61,201 nucleotides of DNA from positions 1 to 61,201 of the IMG/VR virus record IMGVR_UViG_3300009790_000010; one strand, written 5' to 3'. Positions 57,601 through 61,201 of this stretch are shown piece after piece. Source of the stretch: a virus (lineage: Duplodnaviria; Caudoviricetes). The notes beneath the pieces are model-generated. The model was not told the DNA's origin, made no database searches, and saw nothing but the letters and a program-made list of their open reading frames with translations. The first letter of the stretch is position 1. Each line of letters starts with the position of its first letter. A program made the position numbers and the translations under genes.

Positions 57601-58512
57601 CAACTTAAAGAATATCTATCTTCAGACAGCAATCTTTATAATAAAATTGTACTAACATCAATATTACAATCTGGATTAAATAACAGTAATCTATCATTTA
57701 CCTCCTTAATACCTTATGAAGATTTTCAAAAAGTGTATAATAAAACCTTGTCTAGGTTAGATAATAATGGTAACTTAGAAGACTTCTATACACTGGGTAT
57801 GTTTGAAAGAAATGCTTGGGCTCTAAGTAACGGTCCTGTAATTTCAATGAAGGAGAAAAATGTTAAAACTGCAAGAGGACTAATTAGAAATATTGGTATG
57901 AAATTCATGCCAACAGAAGTTAGTATAGCAATTGAAACTAATGATATTCCTCAACTACTAAAAGTTCCTACTTATATGCGTAGTGCTAACGAAAGGTTTA
58001 TTATGTATAGTTGGACTAATGAAAGTATTTCTGATACCGAAAGAAGGGAAATGGCTTCTAGAGGAGACTTTTCATTTATAAACAGAGGTCTTTTTGAAAT
58101 GGTAACTAATGATAATGGTACTCCATATATTTATGAGACTAAATATAGAGGGAAGGTATATAAAAATGTAATCTATAAACATGTAAATGCATTAGGTAAT
58201 GGTTTCAGAGCTGTAGAATATTATGATGGGGCACAACCTTCAGTTTTTGATAATGGTACTTTAAAAGCTATAGAGAAAAGAAATGAAGAAATTATTTATT
58301 ACTTTGAGGCAGCTCAGTCTAATTTATCTAGTAACAGTGGATACAGAGCAGCAACAAATGTAAGACAATGGGAAGTAAGAGGTGATAAGTTCTTAGCCTT
58401 CCGACCTTTTCAAGAGTTTTCAGTAGAAGAAATAAAAGATAACGCACCTCTCTTAACTCAGTTAGGATATTCTGAAGAACAAATAGGTGCAATTAATAAA
58501 AGACTTTGCTAA
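45652..58512 (+). CDS. Giant virion-packaged RNA polymerase protein (crAss/phi14:2 gp66-like two-barrel RNAP with N-terminal extensions)
   Basis: GSDFDIDKL with DxDxD at 55837-55851, YRIPTQ, ETDGGG, MDGYVDIAKDP; zincin-like HEAFE at 51808. Confidence 0.88.
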   Translation: MKKSPKNAQKGKSVSSGIPNLPPVMSGGSAPLQNQKYMEEAFGGYQQPSRSLMGGMNLSPDFQPMGVPRVAGNLNFENFMQNAATPGDYGAGGRVITENEMDGSGRYDYFMPSSIGVNNEEVAAANQGWGEKAVNGLLKGTYLVGSTFLQGTVGAVNGLYQWADTGQFSSFYDNEFNRTLDEGRAYLEDALPNYYSQAELDADWYSPTYWMTGNFLWDGIVKNLGFAVGAYYTGAAYAGVLRALSLSARMVVTGQPNAAATLAATEKGLSAANRGAGVYGELESLSKNFLSQYNVLNPAQRIAVAGLSTQGEAGIEALHNSNEFRQTLIDEYKQEYGVMPGGQAMADINAAVEGAGNVSFWANVGVLTASNYIMFPRIARNGYTSQKAALNNTIKRTNGIVARGGTFAPDVKKIHPYLRTLNNIRPYLFSTTEALEEVSQYGISVTTKDYYNKQYNNEATSWISSMGVGLTDGVFSNEGAKNALIGGISGRIMTIRGMNRERIGRNTNTANAIRELNDSPTLSKFTQETIYSVNRAGVLGDELNAAVERGDEYAYKSLESDFIINYLTPRIKYGRYDLVKYDIKTLRDVAVGDFTQLQAEGKIAPGDTKQRYIDRLDNLSDVADQVNTLYQALNLRYGGIQRLNKTTGKMETVYDEGVINQMIYAAATVQNFDKRLQDVISEFNTALPGVDFDTMIKDILAGDGASLSNAMDLIEAQNILSDTKNSQKQALEDLAKMVIQREQFLTEYDKIKDNPDMYSSAPTGVEPDDEEEETDIEDSSVVVTTKDGERTLDIGGRYYVGRGVDFKGDTAIDQPIVISEIEVLGKNEDGTIKIKDNNGLVKDISQEELLNLKVAPLSSLENDKAAAYYFENRNKVFEFNLPTTQGGARQGRLQYSDGKMYFVYKDSNGTVLRKQITGKFFKDGIIKPVGVLSENQGRASEEYLSDDNLAQEQESLAASREARLEIMRDLGIESKRRLEEINRQIEKDNKTLDLIKKDLDAIASMQEGGETIKLTYSKASKSFTRTINRLTKMQADTQKRVEELQLEQQENTLNVEYFDTFTKDLVDIPGNNETFLNELKQQLKLLEDNGKAVNKEIAENKKLIDKLIDAAKSAAKLLKSAIKSGYKVGEDFTIDMDLLLKKAAKGEDLESTWPLLKQMLADFNLTNDLLKEVTISEKAAFEALEKTEELENQLDALRQEYKVKREIVNRFQQYIDQANKERAEQDQISKDIKTQQELENNRDKSVVIEAVPKTFDPVAKKSNEVISRSTIPLDDIQKDPTDAVIRANEFGFNLPTMERRDEMRGVYVTSSTQSELLPGVIEKMLEGAPEENLENFKKTAIAMVIVDTDGDLVGKDGAKIPEGENVLDNAIYMFMPENGFKSKYYENGSMFRNPDSNQAKQIVEEYKEWRSNILNNPLGEPFTISPSFGITESTPSPVSVWEAGLVEEQGSIKDKVIYIPTNNNTFSSENGSQSFEQPLGSVFIKTSNGYVQAQNRKHTREEAKAIYDAILTYATELFAKRKGSDLAQNALKFLRGVTYWGKPSNAAGQNSVYFEFIKTSTFSGVEMFEKAVINFGVENQRDPIDFNVRSLQANEELIITTLMDMYSNINNSYVKSDEPFFQIKSIDAGGNIEQVKWRNYQDYLLASQDPSGQTRSASDLPLYVNIQPSRDVLNPDAPKQINRRAIYLVDTSREIDLNVEEEVMIVDPADVPVLDGKTINVFTSVNGNRLNYTVSPSINSQNYMQAIQMRAGLDFEKVKKDLREAKGMTSEKANQTVKAAIYNYVNPLIAKAKRNDQQEKDINEKASALNKKLNFTKFKEQPKQQTSVEKYRNKGKVTIKSKVRKAPNGTTYNDLSVKPDMSIENSHQDVLNVVLDIVNEVSKTPHKTNIYGGIVRVWESSYIWEPLVYLNDYLNDERWGRTIDDFLNILEADALTKKAIKDSLENRTPIQLTQQTSKEVVEDNQEAELKRRLNNGRGGSDPVLREITDRAVKRMSDKNWNEVTSWMKTNLPSVPVFRVKNIIENGNGKQAWGMFQDAAMYIYENAEVGTAYHEAFEAVYGMFLDSKEKANLYNEFKQRKGTFVDRPTGKNIKFSEATQDEMREHLAEEFKDYVQYNQKPFYVKIFKQLKDLITSWFRSPDSSKFTKELFDRIGDGYYATPGPALFMDIDTVTVTDGVFSLGGRIGGKEMRDILHQMTYDMITPLVSTKRDLLSGFTQDLTGLYDKLKDGVQKKIDQRIYQLEEDRKNEDYNSGSIQDYITVLQEKYLTLGSDVNTLWPEIIEKHKEFLRQFSITFDEQGQLELQEVKSNKGWNTDITLVDNYKQTNSGFRLLLSTIPRVQVSSEGSIAVSPSSIGGVQLLPQSQTYITLLSKLASAVSITDMLSKLRDLALEDINYDSFYRRVVGAKPEPNVIPNLDNITQDHQLALITTLWKTFNKAGNKVPVVNVLEGNEVQVTEASVAPAARQIAKEFVNNIITQSRSGSGAFINTDGIFNPNPVILKKPIGTVSQNLSFLKAIGINISRGAINNAVNGAAILNEAVGGIKSSILQSRNIRIFNSKALDMAGRLMELAIVKSAFQNPEVRSTFTNVEGQKAQTYIAPNSFSKLHDWIKSISNISELAGTPFSYLLTDVFAQGSSTLKRIFDIDGNKLPGSNELLSSVTAGGIINQANGRNTKSTQLSIPQRLTQELNLNINGIYLNLVPGDSSLEWALEMGNPVTESDLRTDKAVFNSIMKDFFIAEVNLAKEQRDNLELIDGRKSTDLRFFKGILTEETNKEIEKQILDPLQDAETIYDSQEAAIKTQTFEYVLKNTSKTIAELVKNGIVQEQYDNLGNPAGYTINNVQGMRTIQPEGLTTVMATMTANYIIANIDQHKLVYGDPYQYKDELKRTKSFLSPRQPVINSSPEWNNKANDLYNRDYTPETIGYTDFTKDYFSTVTYGDVLGVSELYDGNFEETDGGGLITEKADRNFQLRTGTWNADKERQYRYNVAWEKRDKKQKLTRRERDILKEGNPRVNIVALKPIVSGARLGYEGGDNFINETVLDKFALFPISYRIMKELDPDSNMVKLYNKMQDENIDYIVFKSGRKVGAGPVHAPYVDGEFNDAPYSNTVNVPFSIMGLQSDVPSKTSGTVTRGSQVTKLVTLDLLDNSVPYDYDGTFDEWNKLSEEQKIADSAIYREIDRNTRLVNALTEEAGKQVLNRLGIERTKDGFQVKDLSKIATTLREEMFKRESNDNLSQAITGFLEGQSVLESTPAYNEVRNILYSIVQKNIVRPKISGGEKVQMPSAYLESKRAEFNEELNGYTSDILKFYENEDGERVMEIMVGRWFNSPMSDTELLEYLNNTEEGQQALRGVAYRIPTQKQNSIDVIKIKQFLPQEYSDQVIVPSAIVKKVGSDFDIDKLNLFLKNMRVIGGRLKPVPFYGIGEDAKVKITEDYDKGEFISPAQEKELNQIVREMDRVEQSLQKAQDSDSADPGNLINLLKEVGLFDSEETTLDFVDEIRDKGAKKTFIDKIYKESLENEYINSMENLITLPENFERLILPNNADQAKALAAEIVERKGQTSFNSNNIDNLLDRPFMQRLRNAFVAGKKAIGIAAIGQTSLALAQRITLFLPTNYISFKNKNTVNIEGEEMISFSGRKNAADNFISDIMGQFMDGYVDIAKDPWIYALGATRRNVSTWLYLLRAGVPLRDVAFFINQPAIQEYLQTIENQGGITIVREDIKDEILKSINVQGINFTGSTIPAPNYLRKYIGKSLESLSVQEKKVQGYMLEEFVKYAEQSKMLFDLNSGTNWDVTVFNDPYIVFKKTVQQMQAKDIEIKAYVNGQVIDAPDATMESTFLATTADTVVNARRGISTALTADQPAVTSVLHKVLLPYVNTSDYNFVRIARAATNALFDYAVQTNQQLNTLLKEYLTGKTNVAREVINFVNDVKQDVDHPLYNNEVINLFTTNPSRRVGVVPINLTLKSNDRKVYDQNAIIYGFEQLKEYLSSDSNLYNKIVLTSILQSGLNNSNLSFTSLIPYEDFQKVYNKTLSRLDNNGNLEDFYTLGMFERNAWALSNGPVISMKEKNVKTARGLIRNIGMKFMPTEVSIAIETNDIPQLLKVPTYMRSANERFIMYSWTNESISDTERREMASRGDFSFINRGLFEMVTNDNGTPYIYETKYRGKVYKNVIYKHVNALGNGFRAVEYYDGAQPSVFDNGTLKAIEKRNEEIIYYFEAAQSNLSSNSGYRAATNVRQWEVRGDKFLAFRPFQEFSVEEIKDNAPLLTQLGYSEEQIGAINKRLC
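51120..51522 (+). repeat. 13-nt direct repeat ACAACAAACTAGT (QQTS) spaced 390 nt apart
   Basis: Exact copies at 51120-51132 and 51510-51522. Confidence 0.7.
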
Positions 58513-61201
58513 TGGCGATATGTCCTAACATAAATAGTCCACAATGGAAAGAGCTAGTTAAAGCTCAAGGTGAAGAGAAAGCATACTTCCTATGGAATAT
58601 GTTTGATGGTAATGTGCCTGGAGAGTATACTAACACTGTACCAGTAGAGAGTAATATTTCTAAAGTAAAAGAGCTTATAGCTAAGATGGGTGTTAACTTA
58701 ACTGATCTACAAACCTATGCATCAGAAAATCCTGACATGGATATTAGAGGAGCAAACTCTATTGCAGATGCTGTAGGTAAACTTATTGCAGTTAGTGAAG
58801 GAGCAACTCAAGAAGATATAACAGAGGAGATGGTACACATTGCCACTCAAATATTAGAACAAAAGAATCCTGAGTTAGTTACAGAAATGATATCTAAGAT
58901 AGGTGGTTTTAAAATATATAATGAAACTTTAGAAAAGTATAGAGAAATACCAGCTTATCAACTACCAGATGGAAGACCAAATATAAGAAAGATAAAGAAA
59001 GAAGCAGCTGATAAACTTATAGCATATATTGTAGGCCAACAGTTATCTGATGTTGAAGCTTCTGATACAGTAGTAGAACCAGAAGAGTTAACAGAACAAG
59101 ATAGATCTTTATTTAAAAGAATATGGGATGCTATAACTGGCTGGTTTAGAGGCGTTTACGCAGAATCTAATGTAGATATATTTCAAAAGATTGCTGGTAT
59201 AATTACAACAGAAGGAGTAGAAGGAGAACTATTAGATGGTACTCCTAGAGAACTATACTTTACACTTACGGATCCTCAAAAGAAAATACAGGATCGTCTT
59301 CTTAATACTAAAAAGAATATAAGAAAGATAGAAAGTAATGAAGCAATAAATCCTTTACTTCAAGATGAAGAAAATGGTAATAGTTTCTATGAGGTAAAGC
59401 AGGGAGATGAGTATGTAAGAGTAAAGAATAGAGTAACAGATAGAGTAAAGCAGTGGTACAGACAAAGATTTCGAGGTGGAATGGAATTTACCGAACAAGA
59501 GAAGATAGATAATAATGTTAAGAGAGAACTAGGAGTTGAATTTCATGATATGTTTGAACAGATACATGCTAGATTCTTTAATCCTGATGGAACTAGAAGA
59601 CAGATACCTGGTCAAAGAATGTACATAGCTGACAGACAGAGAGCTGAAGTTCACACTAAATTAGAAAAATACTATACAGATTTAATTGCAAGTTTTTCTA
59701 AGAATGGAAGAAATCCTCTAGTGTTTTCTGAAGTAATGGTATATGATCCTACTAACGATGAAGCAGGTACCATAGATCTTCTTATAGTAGAACAAGACGG
59801 AAAGACACATATATATGATTGGAAGTTCATAAGTATGGGTAAGAACACTCAAGATGTAGCTTGGTATAAACAAGGAGCATTTAATGAACAACTTAAAACA
59901 TATCGTGCTATACTACAAAATGTCTATGGTGTAAAGAAGGTAGGAAAGACCAGAGCTGTACCTATTGCACTTAACTTAAAAAGAGAAAACTTTCAGGATC
60001 AAACTTCTGAGCTTATGTTAACAAGTATAGCTATAGGTTCTGTAGTTCCCAAGAAAGGAGAAGAGACTCCTTTATATCTTACAGTTGTTCCAGTAACAGA
60101 CGAGAGTACTAATATACCAGGATTAGATCAACTTTTAACAAAACTTAATAAGTTATATGATGTTATATCAGGTGAGACTGCAACCGATGAGGCATCTAAA
60201 AGTTCTAAAAAAGATCGTTTAAACATTATAAAGAAAGCAGTTAGACTTACACAAGCTAACTTAAATGTTAAGGGAATTATAGATGCAATATCAGTAATGA
60301 AAAATGAAGGAGATTCTATTGTAGCTGAGTATATTACCACTTATGAAGGTGTTAAACCAAGTGAAAATACTTTTGATAACCAACAATTAAATGAATTTTC
60401 TGATAGAATGAATGACTACTTAGATCAGTCTATAGCATTTGAGAAAATAAATGTAGAAATTGCACCGTTAATTCCATTTCTAAATATTGCTGAGTCCCAG
60501 AAACAACAGGTTCAAGATGAGATAAATAGAAAGCAACAAGAGATAATGGCCAATAGAGAAGAGGTTCAAAGAATTACAGGAGAGTTTGCTGACAAATTTA
60601 TTGGGAATAAATATAATGTTACAGGACTTTTAAATCCTACAAAAATTATAAAGAGTTTATCTTTCAGCAGACTATTTACACGTCTATCAGATTTACCTTT
60701 ACCTTCTTTAAGAATACTATCAAGGTCAGCTAGAAGAGCACAAGATGATGCAGATAGTGAGTCTAGAGGTTATGTAGAAAGGTTAATGGCTATTAGAAAA
60801 AAGCTAGTAGATAGAGGGGGTAATCTTAAAGAAATAGTAAGAAAAATATATCGACAAGAAGAGGGATCTTTAGTAAATCAGTTAATATATAAATATCAGA
60901 GAGAGTTTTATAATAAAATGAGAGACAATGCTGCTGAGGGGAATAGAAGTAAACAGTGGTTATTTGACAATGTAGATATAGAAGCATATAAAAAAGAAGC
61001 TATTCCTATTATGCAACGTGAGATTGCTAGGCATAAGTCTCTGTATGCTACTGAAGATCTAAGGAGTTTAAGAGACAAAGCTATTCAAGATACTAGACAG
61101 AAGTATGATATCTCTAGAAGAGATTTTAATGGTTGGGCTAACGAGATACTAGCAAAACATCCTAAAGATAAATGGTTATCTCAAGAGTACAAGGATCTCA
61201 C
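58512..61201 (+). CDS. Large virion cargo protein, 3' truncated, with a PD-(D/E)xK nuclease domain
   Basis: TAATG coupling; starts MAICPNINSPQWKEL; no stop seen and not in the ORF track, consistent with running off the window; GVEFH...FSEVMVYD...AGTIDLLIV...IYDWKF...QLKTY. Confidence 0.82.
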   Translation, partial: MAICPNINSPQWKELVKAQGEEKAYFLWNMFDGNVPGEYTNTVPVESNISKVKELIAKMGVNLTDLQTYASENPDMDIRGANSIADAVGKLIAVSEGATQEDITEEMVHIATQILEQKNPELVTEMISKIGGFKIYNETLEKYREIPAYQLPDGRPNIRKIKKEAADKLIAYIVGQQLSDVEASDTVVEPEELTEQDRSLFKRIWDAITGWFRGVYAESNVDIFQKIAGIITTEGVEGELLDGTPRELYFTLTDPQKKIQDRLLNTKKNIRKIESNEAINPLLQDEENGNSFYEVKQGDEYVRVKNRVTDRVKQWYRQRFRGGMEFTEQEKIDNNVKRELGVEFHDMFEQIHARFFNPDGTRRQIPGQRMYIADRQRAEVHTKLEKYYTDLIASFSKNGRNPLVFSEVMVYDPTNDEAGTIDLLIVEQDGKTHIYDWKFISMGKNTQDVAWYKQGAFNEQLKTYRAILQNVYGVKKVGKTRAVPIALNLKRENFQDQTSELMLTSIAIGSVVPKKGEETPLYLTVVPVTDESTNIPGLDQLLTKLNKLYDVISGETATDEASKSSKKDRLNIIKKAVRLTQANLNVKGIIDAISVMKNEGDSIVAEYITTYEGVKPSENTFDNQQLNEFSDRMNDYLDQSIAFEKINVEIAPLIPFLNIAESQKQQVQDEINRKQQEIMANREEVQRITGEFADKFIGNKYNVTGLLNPTKIIKSLSFSRLFTRLSDLPLPSLRILSRSARRAQDDADSESRGYVERLMAIRKKLVDRGGNLKEIVRKIYRQEEGSLVNQLIYKYQREFYNKMRDNAAEGNRSKQWLFDNVDIEAYKKEAIPIMQREIARHKSLYATEDLRSLRDKAIQDTRQKYDISRRDFNGWANEILAKHPKDKWLSQEYKDL

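Noticed and set aside
3246-60340. Other minus-strand and alternate-frame ORFs inside large genes
   Set aside because: Fully nested in well-supported plus-strand genes, with shadow-like composition and no motifs
958-61201. Stop-codon reassignment (TAG or TGA), known in some crAss-like phages
   Set aside because: Genes up to 12.9 kb are intact in code 11; the lone internal stop is TAA, the normal stop here

Overview
The window is the late (structural) half of a crAss-like (Crassvirales-type) podophage genome read in standard code 11. Gene leaders are A-rich without Shine-Dalgarno sites and promoters match the Bacteroidetes type (TTTG-N19-21-TAnnTTTG), pointing to a Bacteroidota host. After one leftward gene and a G/C-run-rich divergence region, all genes run rightward: small regulatory genes, terminase large subunit, portal, putative scaffold, major capsid, ring and auxiliary capsid proteins, a block of Cys/Thr-rich fibre or decoration proteins (one with a trypsin-like protease), a metallophosphoesterase, more ring proteins, an IHF-like protein, a split and expanded muzzle, ejection/cargo proteins, a 4286-aa virion RNA polymerase protein (DFDID motif) and a large ORF with a PD-(D/E)xK nuclease that runs off the window. 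Most notable: (1) a modular cargo polyprotein punctuated by AQxG/KxGG motifs, in which two modules start with LDEVVV, matching the Bacteroidetes TonB-box consensus; (2) a surface-display kit of poly-Thr linkers, a five-copy ~70-aa domain and shared propeller and Ig-like modules; (3) an in-frame TAA and a -1 frame break inside otherwise continuous proteins; (4) structured non-coding elements. Family assignments come from motif recognition and gene order, not database searches.
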